A stretch of 64,000 nt of DNA, taken from contig CBDAOB010000004.1 in NCBI GenBank assembly GCA_965197905.1, positions 1,024,001 to 1,088,000 on the forward strand, read 5' to 3'. The position numbers were made by a program, and so were the translations under genes. The DNA comes from Candidatus Latescibacterota bacterium (lineage in GTDB: Bacteria; Latescibacterota; UBA2968; UBA8231). The notes beneath the pieces were generated by a model, which saw nothing but the letters and a program-made list of their open reading frames with translations, had not been told where the DNA came from and searched no databases. Below, piece after piece: positions 10,181 to 20,466 of this stretch. Within the stretch, counting starts at the first letter, position 1, and every line of letters begins with the position of its first letter.

Positions 10181-11083
10181 ATGAAACTAGAAGATTACGA
10201 TTTCTTCAAGGACAACGGCTACCTGTCGCTTGGAAAGATCTTGAGCGACGACGAGGTAACTCGTTTTGCGGATCTTTTCGACCGGAACCGTCGCGACTTC
10301 AGCCGTTTCTGGAACGACAACGGCATCTGGCAAACCCAGCACTGCGATTTGCTCCTGACCGCGCCCGAGTTTGATGAGATCATTCGCCACCCCAAGGCCA
10401 TTGAGCCGCTCCAGGGCTTGATGGACGACGAGGTCTGTTTTTCGGATGCCTGCCTCCGGCACATGGAGCCGTACGCGGGCGAGCCGCTTCCCGGGATGAC
10501 GTCGTGGGAAGGGCCGGTAGGGCGCCGCTGGCATCGAGACGTGGTGGAAGACACCATGTGGCGGGAACATCCGCTGCGCATAGGCTATGTCCAGATGATG
10601 GTCTACATGGCAGACGTCAACGACACAACCCATAGCTTCTCCATCTCGCCCCAACCGTTCGATCACGAGATTCTGGACGCGGAAGCTCAGCTTGAGCGCG
10701 GTGGAATCCACGACCTGTACGGCGGTGCAGGAACGGCGATACTGTTTAATATCACCCGTCTACACACGGTGACCGTGCGTCCAACGCAGTCTGAACGCAA
10801 ATCCGTACAGATCTATTACGGCCACCGGCACCGCGAATTCCTCGGCGACGATACGTTCATACCGACTCAGCTATGGCGTGACCATCAAGACGAGGAGGTG
10901 CGTGGATTCTACGGCGTTCTCAATGGCAAGACCCAGGAGTATATGAAACGCACAGCCGACCGCGACGAGATCCCTGTGAATGAGGCGCTGGAGATCTTGG
11001 CCGATATTCGGCAGAACGTAAACCTGCCGAAAAAATATGGACCCCGCTGGCGTTACACTGTGCACGGGACGAGGAGAAAATAA
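10181..11083 (+). CDS. Phytanoyl-CoA dioxygenase (PhyH) family protein
   Basis: FFKDNGYL, WHRD, AGTAILFN...LHTV. Confidence 0.85.
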   Translation: MKLEDYDFFKDNGYLSLGKILSDDEVTRFADLFDRNRRDFSRFWNDNGIWQTQHCDLLLTAPEFDEIIRHPKAIEPLQGLMDDEVCFSDACLRHMEPYAGEPLPGMTSWEGPVGRRWHRDVVEDTMWREHPLRIGYVQMMVYMADVNDTTHSFSISPQPFDHEILDAEAQLERGGIHDLYGGAGTAILFNITRLHTVTVRPTQSERKSVQIYYGHRHREFLGDDTFIPTQLWRDHQDEEVRGFYGVLNGKTQEYMKRTADRDEIPVNEALEILADIRQNVNLPKKYGPRWRYTVHGTRRK

Positions 11084-11103
11084 GTGTGTGTGGTGTCCAG
11101 TTC

Positions 11104-11119
11104 TGTGAGCGCGCTCACA
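11104..11119. promoter_or_regulatory. Perfect palindrome TGTGAGCGCGCTCACA (CRP/FNR-family TGTGA-N6-TCACA or LacI-type operator)
   Basis: 16-bp perfect palindrome in the intergenic region upstream of the PAS kinase. Confidence 0.5.
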
Positions 11120-11292
11120 ATCGCAGACGTTGCGAAGGAAAACCTCGTTCAGCCCACTGTCCTAACCAAATCCAGGTCTACTTTGGCTTGGCCATGACCG
11201 CTATAGGCTCGTGACGATGCGGTCATGGGTAAAACACTGTCAATAAGACCGGTCAACTCCCAAATCCTTTTCAGATCGGATGGCGTTGGACT

Positions 11293-12603
11293 ATGAACGA
11301 TGAAAACAAGACCAAAGCGCAACTCATTGAGGAATTGAACGAACTGCGCCAGCAGGTAAAAAATGTGGAAAATGTAGAAACTGTGCGAAAAAACTCAGGT
11401 AGGTCTGAGAACCGGTCCTCAGAGGATAGTCATTACCTGAAAGAAGAGCTCTACCGGTTAGTGCATGAGGATCCTGCGATTTTTGACTTTCTCCAGGATG
11501 GATCTCTGGACGGGATCTGGTATTGGGACATCGAGAAGCCGGAACACGAATGGATGAGCCCGCGATTCTGGGAGGTATTCGGTTACAATCCGATAGAGAA
11601 ACCGCACCTCGCTGAGGCTTGGCAGGATATGATCCATCCCGATGATCTCGAGCTCGCCATAGAGAATTTCCAAAAGCACTGTCAGGATCCAAAGCATCGC
11701 TACGACCAAGTGGTGCGGTATCGACACCGGAATGGTTCAACTGTATGGGTCCGCTGTCGTGGGATCGCGATCCGAGACAGTCAGGGTAAGCCAGTCCGCA
11801 TGTTGGGAGCCCACACCGAGGTAACCGTACTGAAAGAGACCGAGGAAGCACTCCGGCAGGCCGGCGAGGAAGCGGAACTTGCCAACCGGACCAAGAGCGA
11901 GTTTTTGGCCAGTATGTCCCACGAACTGCGCACCCCGTTGAATGCCGTCATCGGCTACAGTGAGATGTTGCAGGAGGAAGCCCGGGATCTGGGTCAGGAG
12001 GATTTCGTTCCGGATCTCAAGAAGATCCACGATGCTGGCCGTCACTTGTTGACAATGATTAATGACGTGCTCGACATGTCCAAGATCGAGGCGGGGAAAA
12101 TGGAACTAACCCTGGGCAGCTTTGACATATCGGAGTTGATCGACAGTGTAGTGAATACCATTCAGCCCCTGGCCAGAGACAACGGCAACGACCTGGTGGA
12201 GCATGGTACAGACTCTCTGGGGGACATGTATGCCGATCACACGCGCACGCACGAGTGCCTCGGCAACCTGCTGTCGAATGCCTGCAAGTTCACCAAGAAC
12301 GGGACCGTTTCACTGGCGGTGCGCCGTGAGCGGGTGGAGGGCAGGGAGGAGGTCGTTTTCCGCGTAAAGGATACGGGGATCGGGATGAGCACCGAGCAGC
12401 TGGCGCGGCTATTTCAGCCGTTTGTGCAGGCGGATAATTCCACCACCCGAAAATACGGAGGCACGGGCCTGGGGCTGGCCATCACCCGGCAGTTCAGTCG
12501 GATGATGGGGGGCGATGTCGAAGCGGAGAGCCAGTTGGGAAGCGGGTCCACTTTTACGCTGCGGTTACCGACTGAAGTAAAGGACGGGGCAGGAGAGGAT
12601 TGA
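11293..12603 (+). CDS. PAS-domain sensor histidine kinase (cytoplasmic)
   Basis: PAS_3 (DGIWYWD...IHPDD...WVRCRG), H-box FLASMSHELRTPL, N-box NLLSNACKFT, G-boxes DTGIG/GGTGLGL. Confidence 0.95.
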   Translation: MNDENKTKAQLIEELNELRQQVKNVENVETVRKNSGRSENRSSEDSHYLKEELYRLVHEDPAIFDFLQDGSLDGIWYWDIEKPEHEWMSPRFWEVFGYNPIEKPHLAEAWQDMIHPDDLELAIENFQKHCQDPKHRYDQVVRYRHRNGSTVWVRCRGIAIRDSQGKPVRMLGAHTEVTVLKETEEALRQAGEEAELANRTKSEFLASMSHELRTPLNAVIGYSEMLQEEARDLGQEDFVPDLKKIHDAGRHLLTMINDVLDMSKIEAGKMELTLGSFDISELIDSVVNTIQPLARDNGNDLVEHGTDSLGDMYADHTRTHECLGNLLSNACKFTKNGTVSLAVRRERVEGREEVVFRVKDTGIGMSTEQLARLFQPFVQADNSTTRKYGGTGLGLAITRQFSRMMGGDVEAESQLGSGSTFTLRLPTEVKDGAGED

Positions 12604-13100
12604 TCAGGCACTGTCGGCATCCGGACCTGATCATTCTCGATCTCACCATAGGAGGTGTCTTCGAGATCGATGGCTCGTTGAGGATGGTCGTATCAACCGC
12701 CTCTTCGCTGGAGAAGCTGCGATCTAGAAACGACCATCGGTGGAGGCGTGACTACGAAGGTCGCCAGCGAACCGATCACCCACCCCCGAGCAGCTGGTAA
12801 GGGCATTCAGTCCTATTTCGTCGGAGCAGACCTCGAGATCCTTTTCGCCCTCGCTCGGGATGCCCGGCACCGCCCCGGAGTCATCCGATATGGAAACGTT
12901 GGATTCGGCAGGTTCGCTTGTCCAGCTGAATCGTTAAGGATACGATCAGGATGAGCCGCAGAACTGGGCGTGGATCAAACAGTTGGGTATTTTGAACGCG
13001 TCGAGCACCGATGAGGGACTGGAGTAAGGTGAGGAAAGCGTTAGTGCTGGACAGCGTGCAGACCTGCGATAGATAACAGAAACCATGGAGAGCCAGTAAT

Positions 13101-14111
13101 ATGGTGGGGCAATCACTGGACCTGACCAACCGCAGGGTCCTGGCCATCGATGATACGCCGGCCAATCTCGAGGTACTGCTCAAACTCCTGGAGGCGCAGG
13201 GTTTCGACGTCCGCGTGGCCACCAGTGGAGAAGAAGCCCTGGAATGTGTGCCCCAGGCGAACCCCGACATCATTCTCCTTGATGTCACGATGCCGGGGAT
13301 CGACGGATACGAAACCTGCCGTCGCCTGAAGGCCATGCCGGACCTGGAAGAGGTGCCTGTCATTTTTCTGACGGCACGAACCGACCTGGAAGGAATCGTC
13401 ACGGGTTTCGAAGCCGGAGGTGCCGACTACGTGACCAAGCCCTTCCAGCAAGAAGAGCTTCTGGCGCGTCTCAAGGGCCATCTCGAACGCGCCCTGCTGC
13501 GCCAGCGGCTGGCCGAGGCGAATCAGCAGTTGGCGACAGCCAACGAGCGGCTCGAGGAGCAGGTACGGGCGCGGACGGCCGAGCTGAATCGAAGCGTCGA
13601 GGAGTTGCGGGCTCGAGACCGCATTGCCGGGCACATGCTCGCCGTCCACTCGATGGAAGAGGCCCTCGCCGTTGTCCTGGAGGTGATCGGCCAGCTGATC
13701 CCCTGCGAACGAGTCGCAGCCTACCTGATGCGACAGGGTCAGCTGACAGCGGTCGCGTCGAGCGGCTCAGGCGGTCCTCTCGGTGTTGAAGGGGGGCAGA
13801 CATTACAAACCGATCCGGCCGTATCCGCCGTCCTTGATGAGATGGAAGCGGCGCCAGCGCGCATCGGCGGCGACGGCCGGCGGGCTTTGATGCCGGTCCT
13901 CCGAAATGATCAGCTCATCGGTACGATCGAGCTGGTCTCTGCGGCCGCGATCTCCGATGCCGATCTGGCGATGATCGGCCGGCTGGCACCACAGGTCGCC
14001 ATCGCCATCCAGGACGCGCAGGTGCGCAATGATCCGCAGGAGTGGACGCAGGAACTGGACAGCCTCTTGCAGTCCGAGGACGAGATCGACATGATCGAGG
14101 ACGCCGAGTGA
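13101..14111 (+). CDS. Response regulator: REC + coiled coil + GAF-like domain
   Basis: VLAIDD, PDIILLDVTMPGIDG, FLTA, ADYVTKPF; C-terminal LMPVLRNDQLIGTIEL...QVAIAIQDA GAF signature. Confidence 0.88.
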   Translation: MVGQSLDLTNRRVLAIDDTPANLEVLLKLLEAQGFDVRVATSGEEALECVPQANPDIILLDVTMPGIDGYETCRRLKAMPDLEEVPVIFLTARTDLEGIVTGFEAGGADYVTKPFQQEELLARLKGHLERALLRQRLAEANQQLATANERLEEQVRARTAELNRSVEELRARDRIAGHMLAVHSMEEALAVVLEVIGQLIPCERVAAYLMRQGQLTAVASSGSGGPLGVEGGQTLQTDPAVSAVLDEMEAAPARIGGDGRRALMPVLRNDQLIGTIELVSAAAISDADLAMIGRLAPQVAIAIQDAQVRNDPQEWTQELDSLLQSEDEIDMIEDAE

Positions 14112-14151
14112 ATACACCCGTCCCATTGTACCAGATGCTGGGTATCCCGGA

Positions 14152-16542
14152 GTGAGACTGCAAATCCCGGTCACCGAGCTTCGCGTGGGCATGTTCATAG
14201 AGGCCGACGTGATGAGCATCCTCCACGATGAGGGCATACGTCACTTCATGGAATTAGGCGGAGCCGTCTTCACCGAACCGACGCGCAAGCGTCTGCGGCT
14301 TAACGTTCGTGTCCACAAGGAAGTCAGCCACGCTGGCGGAATGTTGCTGCGTCGCAAGAAGCAACTCTCCACGCTGCTGGAGCTCGGCGTTGCCACGGTG
14401 ACGATCAACACGGACAAATGCGACGTCGTGCCAGATGTGCCGGAGCTGCAGCAGGAGCTCAAGGCCTCCAGGCAGAGAGGGCCCATCCCCTTCGACCTCG
14501 ACAGTGCGTTTTCCCTCGACAGCCTCGAACTGCCCGGCCTGATGCAGTCCCACGGTGCGCTGGCTGCCGGGACGACTCCCAGTACGGCCCCGTCGGGAAA
14601 GCAAGTGACCCCCATCGGCGGGCGGCGAAACTTCGGACAGCGGGGCACAGGGTGGATGAAGGTCGACACCAATCCAACCACCCGCGAAGGAGTCATGCAG
14701 GTAATCAGCTTCGGTGGGGACACCAGTCTCGGCACCAGCGACATCATGGAGACTCTCGAGAAGGAATACGGCATTCGGGGCACCATAGATCACGCAATGA
14801 TCGAGGCCCTCGCGAGCCAGGCTGCGGCGTCGCCCAACCGCGTGATCCGCGGTCACTTTCCGATCGCCACCGACCTGGATTTCGGTGAGCCCGAATCTAT
14901 GGTGTATACCTGTCTCGAAGGTGTAGACGAGTCGCAGTTTGACTTTCCGGGGGTCAAGAAGACGCTGGCACAGCACTCTCTCAAATCGGTGCTGTCTTCT
15001 GCGGTCGGTGCCTACCTGGTGTTGCCGGGGCAGGAGCTGGCGATCTACCTCGGCACCAGTACCAACGAGCCACCGCGCGCTGGCGCCGGTGTGGATCTCA
15101 ACGAAGGGAGATATTGCTCCCGCCAGTTCGGCTACCTATGCGCAGGGGACACCGAAGTGTCCGTCCTTTCACCGATCTGGGTCGCCCCTGATGGCATGTC
15201 GGCACACTACATCTCTCTGCCGCAACCCGAGCCCGCTGCCCTGTTGACGAAAGACTCCCTCGCCGACCTCCTGCGTCTTGCGGGTGTGACCCACGGGCTC
15301 GACGAGACGGCCTTGTCGCGACTCACGCTGGATGCGGGTCCCGGGAGCGACACGCAAGCGATCCAGATCGCCGCCGGTCAAGTGCCAGTGGCCGGTAAGC
15401 ATGAGCACATCTACCTGGCGTTCGAACAGGGAGTTGAGGGCGTGGCGCAAGTGCTGGATCGGTATGAGGCGAGCATGGTGTCCACCAACGATATGCTCGC
15501 CGAGGTAACCCCTCCCAGCATGCCGCAGGCGGGATGGACGGTCACGGGCACTCCGCTCGATGCGACCGAAGGAGAGGCTACGACGCTTATGGCGGGGTCG
15601 AATGTGCGCGTCGAGGAGCACGGTGAGAAGCGGGTCATGCTGGCCGAACTGCATGGCCGCGCCGTCGTCGTCAATCAGGTCCTGAGCGTACGGCCCGTTG
15701 TTGCGGTGGAGCAGGACGTGTCCGGCAAATTCCAGACAGAGCCGGGGCGGGACACTCGGATTCACGGCTCGATCCGTGCGGGCAGCCGGGTCCAGGCATC
15801 GTCGAGCATCGCCATCGACGGCGTTGTCGAGGATGGCGTCCAACTGATCGCGGACGAGGACGTCTACGTGGCTAAAGGGGTAATCGGCAACGCGACCAAG
15901 CTGATCTCCAAGGGAGATGTGGAGTGCGGTTTCGTAGAACGAGCGACTGTCTCCGCTGTCGGCAATGTGCGCGTGGCGCAGCACGCCATCGGTGCTCACA
16001 TGCGAGCAGGGGGCAGCATTCGCGTGGAGGGCGGGGAGGACATGGGATGTGTGATCGGCGGTGATCTGGTCGCAGGACGCGAGATCCACGTCCGCAGTGT
16101 CGAGTCCAGAGGACAGTCCACTTCGCTGCAGATTTCCGGCGATCCCCGTATCGAGGCGGGGTTGCGAAAAGTCGACACGACGATCGAGTTCTTCAGCACC
16201 AACACACGTCGCATCATTCGCACCCTGGGCGTCGACAACGTGTCCCAAGTGCGACCGATGTTGCGCCGCATGGATACGGCTGCCAAGCCTGCCGTCGTGC
16301 AGCTGCTCAAACAGCTGCAGACACTGACCCGCAACGTCACCCAGGCCCAGGATCGGCGCCGCACGCTGCAAGATCGCCAGGAAGCCGTGCTGGCCGAGGG
16401 CCGAATCCGCGTAGAGGGAAAGATCGAAGTCGGTGTGAGAATCGGGATCGGCAAAGCGGTCACTGTGATGCAGCAGGATGCCGAAGCCGTCGTCTTTCGG
16501 CTTCGGGATGGCGCCCTGGTGCGCGGCAAAGAAATCGACTGA
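14152..16542 (+). CDS. FapA/DUF342-family protein with DUF3391-like N-terminus
   Basis: IPVTELRVGMFI N-terminus; GVTHGLDE..., beta-helix-like GDV/GNV/GSI repeats, IGGDLVAG, C-terminal coiled coil. Confidence 0.75.
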   Translation: MRLQIPVTELRVGMFIEADVMSILHDEGIRHFMELGGAVFTEPTRKRLRLNVRVHKEVSHAGGMLLRRKKQLSTLLELGVATVTINTDKCDVVPDVPELQQELKASRQRGPIPFDLDSAFSLDSLELPGLMQSHGALAAGTTPSTAPSGKQVTPIGGRRNFGQRGTGWMKVDTNPTTREGVMQVISFGGDTSLGTSDIMETLEKEYGIRGTIDHAMIEALASQAAASPNRVIRGHFPIATDLDFGEPESMVYTCLEGVDESQFDFPGVKKTLAQHSLKSVLSSAVGAYLVLPGQELAIYLGTSTNEPPRAGAGVDLNEGRYCSRQFGYLCAGDTEVSVLSPIWVAPDGMSAHYISLPQPEPAALLTKDSLADLLRLAGVTHGLDETALSRLTLDAGPGSDTQAIQIAAGQVPVAGKHEHIYLAFEQGVEGVAQVLDRYEASMVSTNDMLAEVTPPSMPQAGWTVTGTPLDATEGEATTLMAGSNVRVEEHGEKRVMLAELHGRAVVVNQVLSVRPVVAVEQDVSGKFQTEPGRDTRIHGSIRAGSRVQASSSIAIDGVVEDGVQLIADEDVYVAKGVIGNATKLISKGDVECGFVERATVSAVGNVRVAQHAIGAHMRAGGSIRVEGGEDMGCVIGGDLVAGREIHVRSVESRGQSTSLQISGDPRIEAGLRKVDTTIEFFSTNTRRIIRTLGVDNVSQVRPMLRRMDTAAKPAVVQLLKQLQTLTRNVTQAQDRRRTLQDRQEAVLAEGRIRVEGKIEVGVRIGIGKAVTVMQQDAEAVVFRLRDGALVRGKEID

Positions 16543-16661
16543 TTCGAGGGTTCACTGTCTCTTGAGAAGACAGGCGGGAGTGTCTATCATACCCGAGTCT
16601 GGATCAAATGGTCCTGTCCAAAGACGCAGGGTCAACAGCAACCTTGATCGATGGGCAATTG

Positions 16662-17699
16662 ATGACAAAGATCGTCCGCACCCTTTGGCTCTGCCTTCTT
16701 TTACCCGCTGGTGTTCTTGGTCAGGAAAGAGAATTCTCGAGCTATGGATACATCGATCTGGAGTTCGAATACGACTCTGAAAAGGATGTATCGACTTTCG
16801 ATATCCATCACTTCAACCTGATTTCGACCTATTCATTCGATCAGTTTCGCGTCTTCTCCGAAGTCGAATGGGAGCACGGACCCAAGTTGGAAGCGGACGC
16901 CTCAGGCAGCGAAGGGGAGGTCGCACTCGAGCGCGCCTGGTTTGAATACCTCCACAGTGATCGTCTCAAGTTCCGCGCCGGGAAATTTCTCACCCCGTTC
17001 GGCATCTACAACCTCGTTCACGATGCAACCCCGACCTTTCTGACAACCAGTCTGCCCTCCATTTACAATTCCCACAACCCATTCGGCGTACGTAAAGAGC
17101 GTCTGTATGCCAAGTTCTACACGGGTTTACAGGTGTTGGGAGCGGTTCGGACAACGTCCGGCGTCCGATTTCGGTACACACTGGGGTTGGGCAATGGTCG
17201 CGGAGACACTCAATTCTCCTCCGACAACGATACGAACAAATCGCTCATCGCCAGAACGCAGCTCGGGTTCAGGCAATTCGACCTGGGACTGTCTCTCTAC
17301 ACGGACCGCAGCGAAACGGGGATGAGCGGGCTGGCTGAGGCACGGGAACGGGCCACCGGCGCGGACCTGACGTTTGAAAAGGACGGCCTCAAGATCCAGT
17401 CCGAGTATGCCCGTTTCCGCCTCGAACGGGCTGCGGGGTCCGGCTTTCAGAGTGCCGAATCCTACTACGCACAGATCTCATATCAAGTTAATGACTACGT
17501 CACCCCGATCGTGCGCTTCGATCGATTTGACCCCGACCGTGGGAGTACAGACGACGGGGATCGGCTTTTGCTGCTTGGGTTGAATGTCTCTCCCCATCCT
17601 CAGATTTACTTGAAGACAGAGGTCCAGTTCAGATCTTCCGATGTGCCTGGCGTGAAGTCCAGTCGACTCTATATCTCCTCAATCAGCGTGGCTTTTTGA
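16662..17699 (+). CDS. Outer-membrane porin (OprO/OprP-like beta-barrel)
   Basis: Signal peptide; SEVEWEHG...LERAW...FRAGKFLTPFG..N; terminal Phe. Confidence 0.8.
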   Translation: MTKIVRTLWLCLLLPAGVLGQEREFSSYGYIDLEFEYDSEKDVSTFDIHHFNLISTYSFDQFRVFSEVEWEHGPKLEADASGSEGEVALERAWFEYLHSDRLKFRAGKFLTPFGIYNLVHDATPTFLTTSLPSIYNSHNPFGVRKERLYAKFYTGLQVLGAVRTTSGVRFRYTLGLGNGRGDTQFSSDNDTNKSLIARTQLGFRQFDLGLSLYTDRSETGMSGLAEARERATGADLTFEKDGLKIQSEYARFRLERAAGSGFQSAESYYAQISYQVNDYVTPIVRFDRFDPDRGSTDDGDRLLLLGLNVSPHPQIYLKTEVQFRSSDVPGVKSSRLYISSISVAF

Positions 17700-17700
17700 C

Positions 17701-18207
17701 GTGGACGTCTTCGCATACGAGAACCTGAGAAGAAGGCTTGGGGTACTAATTTGCCTCGTGCCACTGATTGGCCTGCTCGGCGTTCGCGAGACATCCGGCC
17801 AGCTGATTGTTGTCGTGAACCAGGGCAATGAGATCGAAAGCGTTACGTTGCAGTCGTTGCGGGATATATATGCGGGCAACAAGGTCTCCTGGAGTAACAA
17901 CCGCAAGATTTTCCCCGTCAGCATGAAAAGCAATCGGGAAATCACGAAGTCCTTCTTTCAAACGGCCCTCGGAAAGAGCGCACGGGAGATGAAGCGAGTT
18001 TGGATTCGACTGACCCTTTCGGGGTCTGGGGCGGCGCCGAAAGTGGTTGGTACGGAAACTGAGGCTCTCGACTACATCGCGAAGAATGATGGCGCCATCG
18101 GATTTGTCGGGCTCCAGGAGTTGAACGAGAGAGTCAAAATTGTTGCCGTTGAGGGGAAGCTGCCTTCGGAAGAGGGATACCCTCTGAGATCCGATCTGAA
18201 GCCCTGA
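17701..18207 (+). CDS. Small periplasmic PBP2/PstS-like substrate-binding protein
   Basis: VVVNQGN.I..VT...LRDIYAG...W, YIAKNDGAIGFV, VKIVAVEG...GYPL. Confidence 0.8.
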   Translation: MDVFAYENLRRRLGVLICLVPLIGLLGVRETSGQLIVVVNQGNEIESVTLQSLRDIYAGNKVSWSNNRKIFPVSMKSNREITKSFFQTALGKSAREMKRVWIRLTLSGSGAAPKVVGTETEALDYIAKNDGAIGFVGLQELNERVKIVAVEGKLPSEEGYPLRSDLKP

Positions 18208-18250
18208 TGTCCTGATCGAAAGAGGTCAATTCTAAGGGTTTGGAGCCTCA

Positions 18251-20326
18251 TTGACGTCGATCAAACAGAAATTGATTGTGAGCACGTTCATCCTGGTGGC
18301 CGCAATCGTTACCTTTGCACTGATTTATTTTCCCGAGCAACAAAGACGTCAAGCTTTCCTGGCTCTCAAGAATGAACTCGAGGTGCTTTGTGAGACACTC
18401 GCGCTGACGATTGCCCTCGGTTTTGAGGAGGACAACTATGAAGCCATGCAGGTGGCTTTTGATTTTGTCAAGCGCGATCCCGCGCTCCAGTATATAGCGG
18501 TTTACGGCGTTGACGAAGAACTGATCGCCGCTTTCCCCGATCCGCTGCCTGCAAGCGCTGCGCCGATCGTTACGCCAGGTCTGGTTGAGGGACCGGAAGC
18601 GATCGCCTATTGCTCGGCCATCGCCCTCCGAGGTGAAGCCTACGGGTCTGTCACGATTTCAAAGTCGCTCACGTCGTTTAATCAGAACATTTCCGATAGT
18701 CGCTTCGATACTTTGTCGATCGGCGCGTTGATTCTGGCGATCAGTCTGGGGTTGGTATACCTGATTGCAAGGATGGTGGCAGAGCCTCTCAATCTGCTGA
18801 CCGGCGCCACCCAGAGGGTGACGCGTGGCGAGTATTCTGTACGGGTTGATATTGATCGTCGCGACGAAACCGGTACCCTGGCCACGAATTTCAACCGGAT
18901 GACCGATGCACTTCAGACCCACACGGAGGAACTGAGCCGTGCCTCGGAAGCGGCAGAAGCGGCCAATCGCGCCAAGTCCACGTTTCTTGCAAATATGAGT
19001 CACGAGATCCGGACGCCGATGAATGCGATTTTGGGGTTCGCGCAGATTGTAGGCAACGATCCCGACCTTGACGATCGGCATAGGAAATCTGTAGGGACTA
19101 TCAGGCAGAGCGGCGAACATTTGCTGAAGCTGATCAATGATATCCTCGATATTTCGAAGATCGAGGCGGGCCACGAGCAGCTCAACCGGTCAGACTTCGA
19201 TCTGAAGGTGTTGGTTGATGCGCTGGGTGACATGTTCGGGATGCGTTGTCAACAGACCGGACTGGTGTGGGAGCTGGAATCGGACGTGCCCGCCGGCTGT
19301 GTGGAAGGAGATGAGGGCAAGCTTCGGCAGGTGCTGATCAATCTCGTCGGGAATGCCGTGAAGTTTACGGAAACGGGGACGGTGAAGTTGAAGGTCGGGG
19401 CTCTGGGGGACAACCGATACGCATTCGAAGTGCGAGACACCGGTCCAGGTATCCCGGAAGATAAGCAGGCCGCTATTTTTGAGCCGTTTCAGCAGGAAGA
19501 GGAAGGCCTGCGCCAGGGAGGCACCGGGTTGGGGTTAGCGATCTCCATGGGGCACGTGGAGATGATGGGTGGAAGCATCGGTTTGGAGTCCCGACTGGGA
19601 GAGGGTTCCCGCTTCATGTTTACGCTCGAGTTGCCCCAGGGCCAGACTCCCATGAGAAGCGCCGACACCACCGACTGGTCTTGCGTACGACACCTTGCCG
19701 ATGGCCAAACCTTACGCGCACTCGTTGTCGACGATGTGAAGACCAACCGTGAGCTTCTCGTAGAAATGCTGACGCAGATTGGTGTCCAGGTTGAAACGGC
19801 AGAAAACGGGGCGGAAGGCTTGGAGCAAGTCGGACGAGAGATGCCCGATATCGTGTTTCTGGACATCCGCATGCCGGTGATGGATGGTCCCGAGATGCTC
19901 AAGCAGATGCGCCGTGAGCACGGGAAAGGAGCCGCCGAGGTCGTTGCGGTGACGGCATCGGTCTTCGATCATCAGCGGCAGGCGTATCTCGACATGGGTT
20001 TTGCAGCCTTCCTCAGCAAACCACTTGAGTCCGACCAGATCTACGCCTGTCTTGCCGAGCTCCTTGGGGTGAAGTTCGACTTTGCGGAAACGGAATCCAA
20101 CGTTTCCGCCGCCGCCGAGAGGGACTGGACTGAGGTTGCCCTGCCGCCGGATGTCTATGCGGACCTGGCTGCCGCCGTCAGCAGTCATAGCATTACGGGC
20201 CTGCGCAAGGGGCTGGATCGGCTCAAGGAGAATGCCCCTGATCTGGCCGCTCACCTGGGGGAATTGGCCAGTCAATTCGACATGACGGGTATCAAAACCG
20301 TCCTGGATGAGATAAGCCCACAGTGA
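18251..20326 (+). CDS. Membrane hybrid histidine kinase (TM-HAMP-HisKA-HATPase-REC)
   Basis: Two TM helices, HAMP (DETGTLATNFNRM), FLANMSHEIRTPM, NAVKFT, REC (LVVDD...DIVFLDIRMPVMDG...KP). Confidence 0.93.
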   Translation: MTSIKQKLIVSTFILVAAIVTFALIYFPEQQRRQAFLALKNELEVLCETLALTIALGFEEDNYEAMQVAFDFVKRDPALQYIAVYGVDEELIAAFPDPLPASAAPIVTPGLVEGPEAIAYCSAIALRGEAYGSVTISKSLTSFNQNISDSRFDTLSIGALILAISLGLVYLIARMVAEPLNLLTGATQRVTRGEYSVRVDIDRRDETGTLATNFNRMTDALQTHTEELSRASEAAEAANRAKSTFLANMSHEIRTPMNAILGFAQIVGNDPDLDDRHRKSVGTIRQSGEHLLKLINDILDISKIEAGHEQLNRSDFDLKVLVDALGDMFGMRCQQTGLVWELESDVPAGCVEGDEGKLRQVLINLVGNAVKFTETGTVKLKVGALGDNRYAFEVRDTGPGIPEDKQAAIFEPFQQEEEGLRQGGTGLGLAISMGHVEMMGGSIGLESRLGEGSRFMFTLELPQGQTPMRSADTTDWSCVRHLADGQTLRALVVDDVKTNRELLVEMLTQIGVQVETAENGAEGLEQVGREMPDIVFLDIRMPVMDGPEMLKQMRREHGKGAAEVVAVTASVFDHQRQAYLDMGFAAFLSKPLESDQIYACLAELLGVKFDFAETESNVSAAAERDWTEVALPPDVYADLAAAVSSHSITGLRKGLDRLKENAPDLAAHLGELASQFDMTGIKTVLDEISPQ

Positions 20327-20466
20327 TTCTCGGACCGACTCAGTAAACCCGCGTCCCGACGGAATCTCATCATACCGCTATTCCGAGGCACGGCCGACCG
20401 GATGAGGGTCTGAAGGAACTTCTGGGACAAAAATGCGGCTGGGGCTTGAATGATGATAGGTGGATT

